From an uncultured Bacteroidaceae bacterium (GTDB lineage: Bacteria; Bacillota; Clostridia; Christensenellales; CAG-917): a DNA stretch of 64,000 nt. The DNA is taken from assembly GCA_964563025.1 (NCBI GenBank), contig CAZLVK010000001.1, forward strand, positions 12,451 to 76,450, written 5' to 3'. The position numbers were made by a program, and so were the translations under genes. Positions within the stretch are counted from its first letter, which is position 1; the number at the start of each line of letters is the position of its first letter. Under the pieces are notes generated by a model that saw only the letters and a list, made by a program, of their open reading frames with translations, did no database searches and was not told where the DNA came from. Below are positions 55,486 through 64,000 of the stretch, in pieces.

Positions 55486-56865
55486 TTACACCTCACTCAC
55501 AAACGCCATATGTAGAACGGCGAAGTTCTTGTCGGCAAGATAGTCTATTTCTTCGTCCGTAAGTTGTTTGCGTATCGAAACGTTCGGATCGATTTTCTTG
55601 ACCTCACCGCATACCTCTACGTATGCGTCGCGTACCATACGTGCGGGATCGAACGTTCTTCTGTCGATAGATTTTACCCCGAAAAAGCGTTTTACGTCGT
55701 CGTCTTTGTTTCTCATCGAGCATAGATACGCGATGATTTTCGCCGGACCGGTCAAACAGCACGACGAGCCGAGTTTCATACCGTCCGCGTTTATAATTTC
55801 GCACGGGAATGTTTTGTGGCATTTGAGTTCTCTGCGATACGTTTCGATATTGAACTCGACTTCAAAGGTTATTTCCTCTTCTCTTTTCAGCATATCGTAG
55901 AGTATTTTCGGTGCGAACTCAATAAACTCGGCATATCCGTCAATCTCCAACCTTTCGTTCTCTCCCGTCACGAGATAAAACGTCGCAATATCTTCGGGAG
56001 AGTGGTCCTCGATTTCAAAGAAATCGACGGCAAGGATATCCATATCGAATCCCAAGAACTCCCATACGTCCTTGTTCGAGTTGTTTTTAAGGCACGTTCT
56101 CAGCGCCATCGCCGGCGAAAAGAACTTGAACGGAACGTAGAAAGACAGTTTTTTCTTCCCGTGTATCACCGTCACGTCGACGTCGTCGCCTTGATGTTCG
56201 CACAAGTTGAAACCGACTTGGTCGGGAGAAACCATCTCCGAGGGCTCGAACTCATCGTCATAGTCGTTTTCGTCGTATTCATCATCGCAGTCAAGTCCTT
56301 TCCACTTGTAATCGGAAAATTTTTCGATTCTATCCACGAGCGGGTTTTCGGGAGAAACACTGCGCGTCACAAAGCGCGAGATTCGTTTCGCTTCGTCTTC
56401 GGAAATTGCGCTATAATACTTGCCGTCCTCGCAAACGACGATTTCCAACTCAACCAACAAAGTAAGCAAATCGTACGGACAGACCTCGACAACGGCGTCG
56501 CGCACGTAGCCGTAGGTGACGTTTTTGCCGTTCAATACCTTGCTCAAAACCGCAAAAATTTCCATCGGAAGAAGTCTTCCGAGTTCTTTCATTTCTTCTT
56601 CGGAGAACTTCGAGCATTGCGTTTCTTCTCCGATTTCTTTAAGTTTTTCGGGGCTTGCAATCACTTTGAAAACTCCGTCGCCCTCGTCCGAAACGATGCC
56701 GTTTTTCAAAAAATACTTAATATAATTGAACGCATCCGTCGCATTAAGGCACACTGTCAACACCAAATCGTCAAAGGTGAAAGTATCTCTATCCGATAAA
56801 AAATGCAGGACTTTGCTCGGCACTTGTACGGCGCAGTTCGTCATGTCCGAATTCTCTTTTCCCAT
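55486..56865 (-). CDS. hypothetical protein with two wHTH-like segments and an acidic linker (459 aa)
   Basis: The N-terminal segments VLHFLSDRDTFTFDDLV...YIKYFLKNGIVSDEGDGVFKV and IFAVLSKVLNGKNVTYGYV...LVELEIVVCEDGKYYSA look like winged-helix domains. An acidic tract CDDEYDENDYDDEFEPSE follows. The roughly 230-aa C-terminal region is unknown. Confidence 0.6.
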   Translation of the reverse strand: MGKENSDMTNCAVQVPSKVLHFLSDRDTFTFDDLVLTVCLNATDAFNYIKYFLKNGIVSDEGDGVFKVIASPEKLKEIGEETQCSKFSEEEMKELGRLLPMEIFAVLSKVLNGKNVTYGYVRDAVVEVCPYDLLTLLVELEIVVCEDGKYYSAISEDEAKRISRFVTRSVSPENPLVDRIEKFSDYKWKGLDCDDEYDENDYDDEFEPSEMVSPDQVGFNLCEHQGDDVDVTVIHGKKKLSFYVPFKFFSPAMALRTCLKNNSNKDVWEFLGFDMDILAVDFFEIEDHSPEDIATFYLVTGENERLEIDGYAEFIEFAPKILYDMLKREEEITFEVEFNIETYRRELKCHKTFPCEIINADGMKLGSSCCLTGPAKIIAYLCSMRNKDDDVKRFFGVKSIDRRTFDPARMVRDAYVEVCGEVKKIDPNVSIRKQLTDEEIDYLADKNFAVLHMAFVSEV

Positions 56866-57045
56866 AATCCTAAATACCGCCGAATTTTTTAGGACGACAA
56901 GTCCCGTACGGCGTTATCTCCTAAAAAAAAAGGATACCACACGCGCGCGATATAGTCAATATTACTCTCCGAATTCTATTGACATTGCGTCTCAAAAAAG
57001 TTATCCTAAAAACGAAGATTGCAAGAATCACAGGAGAGGAAGAAA

Positions 57046-57948
57046 GTGAATTTATTTTTCAAACACTACGATACTTTTTACAACATGGTGTTGTCCACGA
57101 CGATAATGTCCAACGCCATATGTCCCGCATATCTCGAAGACTCGAAGCGTATAATCGACTTCATCGGCAAAGCCTACCGTCTTGACGATAAGTTCATAAA
57201 GAGCGCAAGCGATTTCATACTCGGCGACCTCACTTCTCTCGGGCTCACCACCGACCAACTTGCCGTCTACGGAGACAGACAATACGGGGACGAATACTCC
57301 GACCTCGACGTCCTTTTCGACATAAAAGGGGACGTGCTGAACAAACTCCAATATATGGCGAGTACCGCAGAGGGCGCAGTCAATTCTGGCTGGTTCGATT
57401 TTTCTCACTATAAGACTTATCAAGCGGACGTGCGTTTTGCAAAAATCAATACCGCGGGAGCATCCGGGGATGTCATATGCACCCGTCAAATCGGTATTCT
57501 ACGCATTCTCGGCATAGGCTGTCCCGTCAATATTCACGAGGGCATCGTGAGGCTTTATCAGTGCGTATGCTGGGGAGATATTCCCGCAACGTACTATCTT
57601 GCCTACGCCTACTCTCTTCTCGGCGACGAGAAAAACTCCAAACTGTTCTACGAGATAGCAGAACTTTTCGACACCTATCTGAAAGCGGGCTACACCGTAC
57701 TTCCCGCCGAGGCGAACGCGCGTTACTCCGAGCGTGCGCGTCTCAATTACGTATACATTTCGTCCATAAAGCAAGACGTGGTATTTGCCTACAAACGCTA
57801 CAAAATCGACTTCTCTTTCGTCGAAGCGATAACTTCTCCGGGACTCGAATATTCGGAGATTATGTACCACATAAACAACTACGGGCAGTACGGCTGGAAG
57901 GAAATCACAAATTCCTCCGCAAAACCCGTAGCGCAAGTAGGATTTTAA
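57046..57948 (+). CDS. Sel1-like repeat protein
   Basis: GASGDVICTRQIGILRILGIGCPVNIHEGIVRLYQCVCWGDIPATYYLAYAY resembles Sel1/SLR repeats. GTG 57046 sits behind AGGAGAGGA. TTG 57019 is an alternative start. Confidence 0.55.
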   Translation: MNLFFKHYDTFYNMVLSTTIMSNAICPAYLEDSKRIIDFIGKAYRLDDKFIKSASDFILGDLTSLGLTTDQLAVYGDRQYGDEYSDLDVLFDIKGDVLNKLQYMASTAEGAVNSGWFDFSHYKTYQADVRFAKINTAGASGDVICTRQIGILRILGIGCPVNIHEGIVRLYQCVCWGDIPATYYLAYAYSLLGDEKNSKLFYEIAELFDTYLKAGYTVLPAEANARYSERARLNYVYISSIKQDVVFAYKRYKIDFSFVEAITSPGLEYSEIMYHINNYGQYGWKEITNSSAKPVAQVGF

Positions 57949-57960
57949 GGAGGAATAACC

Positions 57961-59781
57961 ATGGAAAGAATTTCTTCCGCCGATAAAATTCGCGAAAAAC
58001 ACATAGCGGACTTCCTTGAAGATTCGAGACTTATAAATTACACCGACCTCACCGAAAAGGACGGGCTTGTCACCGTTCTCTATAAGGACCTCCCACACAC
58101 CGAAATCGACGGTTATCCTATTGCCAGCGACTACGTGAGCGAGGACGGCAAAATCTATTCGATGAACGACGTCGCGGACCTATCCCCCGAAGAGCGAGCG
58201 AAGTGCGAACTTCGTTACTACTATCTCCCCTACACCCACGAACTTTGCGTCGGCACTACGGGAAGCGGTAAAACCACCGGTTGCATAGAACCTCAACTGA
58301 GAGCGATTTCCTCCCAAAAGAATAAGCCGAACCTCTTCCTTACGGACCCCAAAGGCGAACTCTTCGACAGAAACGCGAAACACCTACGCGACCAAGGCTA
58401 CGACGTTTTCGTAGTCAACTTCAAAAACTTAACTCGTTCTGACCAATGGAACCCTCTCCTCGAACTGTACGACACGAAAATGAAGTTGAAATCCGTCGGC
58501 AAAGGCGTAATAATGCGCACGGGAAAGGTCAAGAGAAATCTCTCGCTTTACGGCAACCCTTCCGAATTTTCAAAGGACGGCTATATCGAATACGACGGGA
58601 AGGCGTTCCCGAACGGCGAAATTTACGAAGAATACCTATCTTTCGAGCGCGACTATATCGAAGCGACGGTCTCCGACCTCGTCAATCAAATGGCTTGCAC
58701 GATGATAATTCCCAAAAGCAAGCACGACATAACCTGGGAAATGGGCGCACAGGAACTTCTGAAAGGGCTCATTCATTGCATGCTCCACGATGCGTATTAC
58801 CACCCCGAAACCATCACTCGCGACAGAATGAATTACGCGACTTTGCAACAATACTATCTCGCGCTGAAAAATCCCATACTTGCGGATGAAACCAAACTCA
58901 ACCGTCACCCCTTGTTGAAAGACAAACCGACGATGTACGTCGCACTTATGTCTACCGCGCTGAATAACGCACCCGGCACTATGCGTAGTTATTGCGGTGT
59001 TTTCGACACTTGCATGAAAGATTGGTTCAAAGGACACATCTTCGCACTCACGTCCCACAATACGGTTTTCCTCGACAACAGCGAGAAAAAACCGTTTGCG
59101 ATTTTCCTCATCACGCGCGATTACGAAAAGAGCGACTTCCAAGTGGCGGGACTTTTTGTAGACTGGGTTTACCGTCAGATGCTTGAACGCGCCGAAAACA
59201 AAAAGTCCACTCGCGCGCTACATTTCCTCCTTGACGAATTCGGCAATATTCCCGAAATCAAAGACCTTGAAAACAAAATCGCGACTTCGAGGTCCCGCAA
59301 CATATGGTTTCACCTCGTTGTGCAATCCTACAAGCAAATCGACGCCGTATACGGTGACGTCCGCGCGATAGTCATCCGCGACAACTGCAACTCGCAAATC
59401 TTCCTCGGCTCTCAGAACAGACCGACGAAAGAGATTTTCTCGGCAGAATGCGGAAAGCACTCCGTCCTGACGCTTGAATCCAAACTCAATCCGAGCGTCA
59501 ACTCGCTTGCCGAAATACCTCTCGTGCCCGTCAGCAAATTGGACCTCATCAAGCCCGGCGAAATCTTCATAAAACGCATATATATGCCCGTCGTAACTGC
59601 GCAATATATCCGAAGTTACGTATGTGCCGAGCAAGGCTCTTATAAGGATTTCGGACACGGACTGGCAAAGTGCACGCCGATTTCGGTACAATCCTTCAAT
59701 TCGGATAAATATCTATTCAAGGGATTCGACAAGTTCATCGACTTATCGTATTTCAACGGTAACAACGATTTCGATTTCTAA
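57961..59781 (+). CDS. VirD4/TraG/TraD-family (type IV coupling protein-like) ATPase with no evident N-terminal TM anchor
   Basis: Walker A CVGTTGSGKTTG, then LFLTDPKGELF, DQWNPL, Walker B-type HFLLDEFGNIPEI, and SRSRNIWFHLVVQSYKQIDAVYG. The first roughly 100 residues are hydrophilic. Confidence 0.8.
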   Translation: MERISSADKIREKHIADFLEDSRLINYTDLTEKDGLVTVLYKDLPHTEIDGYPIASDYVSEDGKIYSMNDVADLSPEERAKCELRYYYLPYTHELCVGTTGSGKTTGCIEPQLRAISSQKNKPNLFLTDPKGELFDRNAKHLRDQGYDVFVVNFKNLTRSDQWNPLLELYDTKMKLKSVGKGVIMRTGKVKRNLSLYGNPSEFSKDGYIEYDGKAFPNGEIYEEYLSFERDYIEATVSDLVNQMACTMIIPKSKHDITWEMGAQELLKGLIHCMLHDAYYHPETITRDRMNYATLQQYYLALKNPILADETKLNRHPLLKDKPTMYVALMSTALNNAPGTMRSYCGVFDTCMKDWFKGHIFALTSHNTVFLDNSEKKPFAIFLITRDYEKSDFQVAGLFVDWVYRQMLERAENKKSTRALHFLLDEFGNIPEIKDLENKIATSRSRNIWFHLVVQSYKQIDAVYGDVRAIVIRDNCNSQIFLGSQNRPTKEIFSAECGKHSVLTLESKLNPSVNSLAEIPLVPVSKLDLIKPGEIFIKRIYMPVVTAQYIRSYVCAEQGSYKDFGHGLAKCTPISVQSFNSDKYLFKGFDKFIDLSYFNGNNDFDF

Positions 59782-59794
59782 CGAACGCTACAAA

Positions 59795-59830
59795 AACACG
59801 CCGAGACCATCGGCGTGTTTTTATTTTTCG
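59795..59830. terminator. bidirectional terminator
   Basis: AAAAACACGCCGA-gaccat-CGGCGTGTTTTTATTTTT. Confidence 0.85.
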
Positions 59831-59853
59831 TCATTCTAATCGCACGTTGTCGG

Positions 59854-60660
59854 TCAATCCGATTCGAGGGCTATTTGATAAACGACGTTTTTCGGTTCCC
59901 CTCGTTCGGACGCAACCTTTTTCACCGCCTCTTTTTTGTCCATTCCGAGGTCGATATACGCTTTGAGGTGTTCCGCTATCGTCATATCGAGATAATCGTT
60001 TCTCTCTTCACCGACGTCTACAATCATCACGATTTCTCCTCTCTCCTCACACTCGAACGAGGCAAGAGACGTTACTGTTACGCTTTCGTGAAGTTTGGTG
60101 ATTTCCCTCACGACGTACACCCGTCTGTCTCCGAGAATTTCGTGTAGCGACGATGCGGTTTTGCTAAGGTCGTGAGGTGCAACGTACAGCACGATCGGAA
60201 GCCCAGCGTTTTTCACCTTGTCAAGCGCGGATTTCCTATCCTTCGCCTTGTCCGGCAAAAAACCTAAAAAGATGAAACCGGTGCTCTTTATTCCGCTGAG
60301 TGCGACTGCGGTAGCGACGGCGGTAGGTCCGGGAACAGACTCCACTTCGACTCCTTCTTCTCTGCACTTTGCGACTAAGATTGCGCCGGGATCGGACACG
60401 CAAGGCATGCCGGCGTCGGTGATGAGTGCGACGTTTTTGCCCTCTTTTATCGAATCGATAAGTCTCTCTCCGCATTCGGTTTCGTTGAACTTGTGATAAG
60501 CGACGAGTTTCGCTTTCACGTCGTAGCGGTTGAGGAGCGCAAGGGACCGACGCGTATCTTCACACGCGATTATATCCACGCTTTTGAGAGTTTCGAGCGC
60601 GCGGAGAGTTACGTCGCCGAGGTTTCCTATCGGCGTGCCGACAATATATAGTTTTGCCAT
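59854..60660 (-). CDS. rsmI: 16S rRNA (cytidine1402-2'-O)-methyltransferase
   Basis: MAKLYIVGTPIGNLGD and IACEDTR motifs. Start at ATG 60660. Confidence 0.9.
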   Translation of the reverse strand: MAKLYIVGTPIGNLGDVTLRALETLKSVDIIACEDTRRSLALLNRYDVKAKLVAYHKFNETECGERLIDSIKEGKNVALITDAGMPCVSDPGAILVAKCREEGVEVESVPGPTAVATAVALSGIKSTGFIFLGFLPDKAKDRKSALDKVKNAGLPIVLYVAPHDLSKTASSLHEILGDRRVYVVREITKLHESVTVTSLASFECEERGEIVMIVDVGEERNDYLDMTIAEHLKAYIDLGMDKKEAVKKVASERGEPKNVVYQIALESD

Positions 60661-60661
60661 A

Positions 60662-61369
60662 TCAATCGTAGAGTTTTTTGACTTCGGGAGTATATCTCCC
60701 GTCCTCGTCCATAACGACGAGAGTTTCGGGCACAAGCCCCGTCTTACCGCCCTTTCTTGCGGACACGATAACGGTATCTACGCCCTTCGAGAGTTTGGGA
60801 TATACGAGGACGATTTTTTTAGGTTCCAAGCCGTGACCGCGCAAGGATACGAACAAATCGCAAAGCCTGTCGAATTTGTAAGACACAAACAAATCGCCAC
60901 CGTTTTTGAGAGAGTACGACGCTGCGGATATAAAGTCGTCGAGAGTGGCTTCGAGTTCCTTTCTTGCGACCGCTTTCGTTCCGTAGCCTTCCGTTCCGTC
61001 CGCACCGAAATAGTACGGCGGGTTGCAGATTGCCTTGTCGAAACTCTCCTTTTTCACGACCTCGGAAATCTTTCTCACGTCGCCGTGCAGAATTTCGATT
61101 TTATCTTCTAAGCGGTTCATCCCGACGCTTCGTCTCGCCATATCGCAAACCGCGGAGTCAATCTCGACACCCACAACTTTCTTTGCGTTTTTCTTGACTA
61201 CCAGGAGCGTCGCCAGCACTCCGCTCCCCGTGCCTAAATCGACGACGGTATCCTGACAGCCGACCGAAGATAAATTCGCAAGCAAAACGGAATCCGCCGA
61301 AAAGAGATACTTGTCGTCGTCTTGCAGAATTTTATAATCTCCCGTGAGGAAGGTTACGTATTCGCTCAT
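60662..61369 (-). CDS. N6-adenine-type class I methyltransferase (TrmN6/YabB-like)
   Basis: DLGTGSG SAM motif and NPPY catalytic motif. Confidence 0.8.
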   Translation of the reverse strand: MSEYVTFLTGDYKILQDDDKYLFSADSVLLANLSSVGCQDTVVDLGTGSGVLATLLVVKKNAKKVVGVEIDSAVCDMARRSVGMNRLEDKIEILHGDVRKISEVVKKESFDKAICNPPYYFGADGTEGYGTKAVARKELEATLDDFISAASYSLKNGGDLFVSYKFDRLCDLFVSLRGHGLEPKKIVLVYPKLSKGVDTVIVSARKGGKTGLVPETLVVMDEDGRYTPEVKKLYD

Positions 61370-61812
61370 GCTCTGACTACGCGGATTTTGAGGGTTTGCG
61401 CCACGCCTGCGTACACGCGCACGATGACCTCGAAATCACCGAAATCGCGGATGTTTTCTTTGAGTTCGATTTTCTTTTTGTCCACGTCGTAGCCCTGTTC
61501 GGCAAGTGCCTTCGCCACGTCGTCGTTGGTTACGCTACCGAACATTTTTCCGTTGTTGTCTCCGCCCTTCGCTTTGACTTCGATGGTTACGTTTTTGAGT
61601 TTTTCCGCAAGTGCGAGAGCCTCGGCTTTTTCCGCCGCCGCCTTTGCCTCTGCGGATTTTCTGCGTTGTTCTGCCACGTAAAGATTTTGGGGAGTGCCTT
61701 CGAGAGCCAATCCTTTTTTGAGCAAGCAATTGCGCGCGTAGCCGTCGTTGACGGTGATAATTTCGCCCTTTTTGCCTTGGCCTTTGACGTCTTGTAACAA
61801 GATAACTTTCAT
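61366..61812 (-). CDS. rplI: 50S ribosomal protein L9
   Basis: [28 protein letters not shown]. Start at ATG 61812 behind AAGGAG. Confidence 0.95.
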   Translation of the reverse strand: MKVILLQDVKGQGKKGEIITVNDGYARNCLLKKGLALEGTPQNLYVAEQRRKSAEAKAAAEKAEALALAEKLKNVTIEVKAKGGDNNGKMFGSVTNDDVAKALAEQGYDVDKKKIELKENIRDFGDFEVIVRVYAGVAQTLKIRVVRA

Positions 61813-61831
61813 ATTATTCTCCTTTTTAGAT

Positions 61832-61860
61832 ATTGTAGCACATACGCGCGCGTATTTCAA
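61832..61860 (-). promoter_or_regulatory. rplI promoter with palindromic GC spacer
   Basis: The minus strand reads TTGAAA-tacgcgcgcgtatgtgc-TACAAT with a 17-nt spacer. The palindrome ATACGCGCGCGTAT overlaps the -35/spacer junction (its first A is the last base of TTGAAA). Confidence 0.65.
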
Positions 61861-61922
61861 TCTTAATTTAGTGCGGTATTATTTTTCTCGCGATTGGGCA
61901 TACTACCTTAAAAGGAGGCAAT

Positions 61923-62240
61923 ATGAAAGAAATAAATTGCAAAACCTCGAACTGTGAACACAACGTAAAATGCAAATGCCTTGCGGGTATCATCGCCGTC
62001 GGAGAAAACGGCAAATGCCTTAGTCGCATAAAACGCGACGGCGGTGCGCTTGCGCAATCCTTTGCGGACGTAGAAGCGGGAGAAGAGTTTTTCGGCGAAA
62101 ACGCCGAAAGTATGGTTCAATGTTCCGCGTCCTGCGCATTCAATTCGGGCGGTATCTGCTCGTGCGACAAGATAACTGTCGACGACGCGGTTTTCGGCAC
62201 GAAATGCAAATCGAGAGTGTCACCGAAAGGGAACGGCTAA
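61923..62240 (+). CDS. DUF1540 domain protein (two Cys-rich repeats)
   Basis: CKTSNCEHNVKCKCLAGIIAV and CSASCAFNSGGICSCDKITV match the DUF1540 pattern. Confidence 0.7.
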   Translation: MKEINCKTSNCEHNVKCKCLAGIIAVGENGKCLSRIKRDGGALAQSFADVEAGEEFFGENAESMVQCSASCAFNSGGICSCDKITVDDAVFGTKCKSRVSPKGNG

Positions 62241-62329
62241 TAATCGTTTTGCACTTGCCGACGGAAGAACAATCCACGCGATACGAGAAAAGCACGCATT
62301 TAGCGTGCTTTCTCTATCTTTAGATTTCA

Positions 62330-64000
62330 TCATTTCTTAATTTTTATCACCTTGCAACCTCTCTTTTTGAGGAGCCATTTTACGTCGTCGAGGATTTGAT
62401 AGTCGTACTTGATGACGTCGCACTTTTCGGGTTTCTTCCCGACCACTTTGCCCTTGAACTCTCTAAAGTCGATAAGCCCCTCGTAAGTGGTAAGATTGCC
62501 ATGCTTTCTGAAACTCTTCTCGAAGTCGTCCTTGTTGCCTTTCAAGAGATAGGACTCGATTTCCGCTTTCGAGGCGGGGACGAATCCGCAACAAATCATA
62601 TAGGCGTTCCAACGCTCGTGTTCCTGAACGGCGAAGTTGTTTCTTATAGTATTACTCTTGAAGTGGCAATCGCCGTAGTCGACCTGTTCTTTATCCTGCA
62701 ATGTTTTGACGTTGCCTTTCTCGTCGAGTTGATATACGATTTCGTCGTCCTTTTGATACGCCTTGAAGAACTCCTCGGTAGCGTCCTCTTCTTTCGAGTT
62801 TATATCCGCACAGTCGTAGCCGAGAAGGTTGAGTTTCAAGCGTATGGACATACACGCGTACACGTTGCTTTCCCTCTTGTACTGAGCGTACTCGCCGTAC
62901 CAAGTATTCATAGCGTTTTTCTCGATAGTTTCCGCGGACGCGCCGGCTTCGGCGTATTCCGTTTCGTAGCAAACGTGACGACGACGAGCAAGCAAGTCTA
63001 TCTCGTGATTGACGATTTTATCCACGTTATAAACCGTTCTTCTCTCACCGCCGAAAACGATGAACTCTCCGTTTTTCTCGTAATCGTCATGAAGCACGCT
63101 GTTGTACAAATCGTCGTTGCGGATTTTGACGAAGACTTTGGTGCTCTCGTCAAATCCCCACTCTCTGAGTTTGACTGCGACTTTTTCCGCAAGGTCGAGG
63201 TTGTCGAGGTCGGAGCCGAAAGCGATGATGACGTTATTGACCGCGATATGCCCCGCCTCTGCCGTGAGGTTTTCTTTTATCTTTCCGTAGAAACTCGTAT
63301 CGTTAATATCGATTTTTTCAAAACTGACGTTTGCGGGGTTGTCGGGAAGGGGCAAATAATTGCTCTCGTCAAAGTCTTTGTCCTCTCTGAATTCTTTCGT
63401 ATAGCGGTAATAGTTATGGTTGAGGTCTTTATCGTTGTCGGATTCCTCTTTGTCGTAGATGAAGTAATCCACTTTTTTATGCACGAGTTTCTCGCCTTCT
63501 ATCGTCAAAAATTGGTTGTTCTCGACAGATGTCAAAAACAGTTGTTGACCGGTCTTTCCGAAACCTATCATAACGACGTTGACGTCCACTTCGGGACGAA
63601 CGGTAGCCGTCGAATAGTCAATGTGTTTCTCACTCATAAACTCCGTCAAAGGATAGCGGTCGAGGAAATCCATAGCCACCAATTTATACTTGTTGACGTA
63701 TCGCACCGAGCCTTTCGTTTTCTCGACAAGGCGGGTGAAAGCGTACTCGTTTTGCTCGTCGCCAAACACGTACGCGACGATACCTTTGGGGTTGTCGATA
63801 GACCAGCCGTTGAAGCCGGTGCGTTCTACGATTTTGCTGAGTTCTTCGCAATACACGAGGTTTAATGCGTCGTTTTCGGCATTTAAAATCACGTTTACGA
63901 CTTTATTATCAAATCTACCGCACAGTTTTTCGAGTTTGGTTTCAAGCCCGCTTTCATTGAAGCGCACGACAGCCACTCCCGACGCAAACAACTCGTCCAT
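62330..64000 (-). CDS. large hypothetical protein with a Rossmann-like GxGxxG segment and a RyR-like C-terminal domain (at least 556 aa)
   Basis: VVMIGFGKTGQQLF is a dinucleotide-binding-type loop. The C-terminus FAVQEHERWNAYMICCGFVP...HGNLTTYEGL resembles bacterial RyR domains. The ORF reaches the window edge, where an ATG occupies 64000-63998. The true start may lie beyond the window. Confidence 0.6.
   Translation of the reverse strand: MDELFASGVAVVRFNESGLETKLEKLCGRFDNKVVNVILNAENDALNLVYCEELSKIVERTGFNGWSIDNPKGIVAYVFGDEQNEYAFTRLVEKTKGSVRYVNKYKLVAMDFLDRYPLTEFMSEKHIDYSTATVRPEVDVNVVMIGFGKTGQQLFLTSVENNQFLTIEGEKLVHKKVDYFIYDKEESDNDKDLNHNYYRYTKEFREDKDFDESNYLPLPDNPANVSFEKIDINDTSFYGKIKENLTAEAGHIAVNNVIIAFGSDLDNLDLAEKVAVKLREWGFDESTKVFVKIRNDDLYNSVLHDDYEKNGEFIVFGGERRTVYNVDKIVNHEIDLLARRRHVCYETEYAEAGASAETIEKNAMNTWYGEYAQYKRESNVYACMSIRLKLNLLGYDCADINSKEEDATEEFFKAYQKDDEIVYQLDEKGNVKTLQDKEQVDYGDCHFKSNTIRNNFAVQEHERWNAYMICCGFVPASKAEIESYLLKGNKDDFEKSFRKHGNLTTYEGLIDFREFKGKVVGKKPEKCDVIKYDYQILDDVKWLLKKRGCKVIKIKK

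Noticed and set aside
57961-59781. The T4CP-like gene as evidence for an intact conjugative element
   Set aside because: No relaxase, VirB4/VirB11, pilin, integrase or att-like repeats occur in the 64-kb window, and both flanks are housekeeping. It is retained only as an orphan or repurposed-module hypothesis.

Overview
This is a gene-dense 64-kb chromosomal segment, probably from an endospore-forming Firmicute (Clostridia-like), because yabP, yabQ, spoVT and a SpoVB/YabM-like flippase are present. I call about 55 CDS, most on the minus strand. Recognisable housekeeping genes are alaS (short form), polA, coaE, pgk-tpiA-gpmI, rplI, rsmI, trmL, a dusB-like gene, mazG, DnaD-domain and DnaI-like replication loaders, two MATE exporters and a CPA2 antiporter. 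The first MATE gene (1..1067, minus strand) is missing from the supplied ORF track because it has no stop codon inside the window. Two riboswitches can be read directly. A cobalamin riboswitch sits ahead of a lipoprotein plus an S-component-like membrane protein. A preQ1-I aptamer sits ahead of queT and forces a TTG start call. I recognised no rRNA, tRNA or CRISPR array. Many 250-500 aa ORFs in the track are antisense shadows of real genes. The candidates for novel systems are small insertions between housekeeping genes; three of the four (all but item 1) look AT-richer than background by eye: (1) a divergent four-gene cassette at 55.1-59.8 kb built around a soluble, apparently TM-less VirD4/TraG-like coupling ATPase, with a Sel1-like protein, a double-wHTH acidic protein and a DUF1828-like protein, and no T4SS or relaxase in the window; (2) a DUF4062 (TIR-like) protein with an unknown C-terminal domain, tightly coupled to an IMPase-family phosphatase and carrying its own consensus promoter; (3) a 1.15-kb islet flanked by near-identical terminator hairpins, encoding a MuF-motif/DUF6883-like fusion, a DUF4926-like partner and an XRE repressor with twin operators; (4) a His-rich 98-aa protein followed by a DUF4417/zinc-ribbon fusion. 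Other notable items are three tandem TM-anchored Big_2/beta-helix paralogues downstream of an ABC exporter, a 1-kb non-coding region of dispersed repeats with a candidate sRNA, and a triple ACAC-N5-GTGT palindrome in the pgk/C45 intergenic region. All family names come from my memory of sequence signatures and need HMM confirmation.
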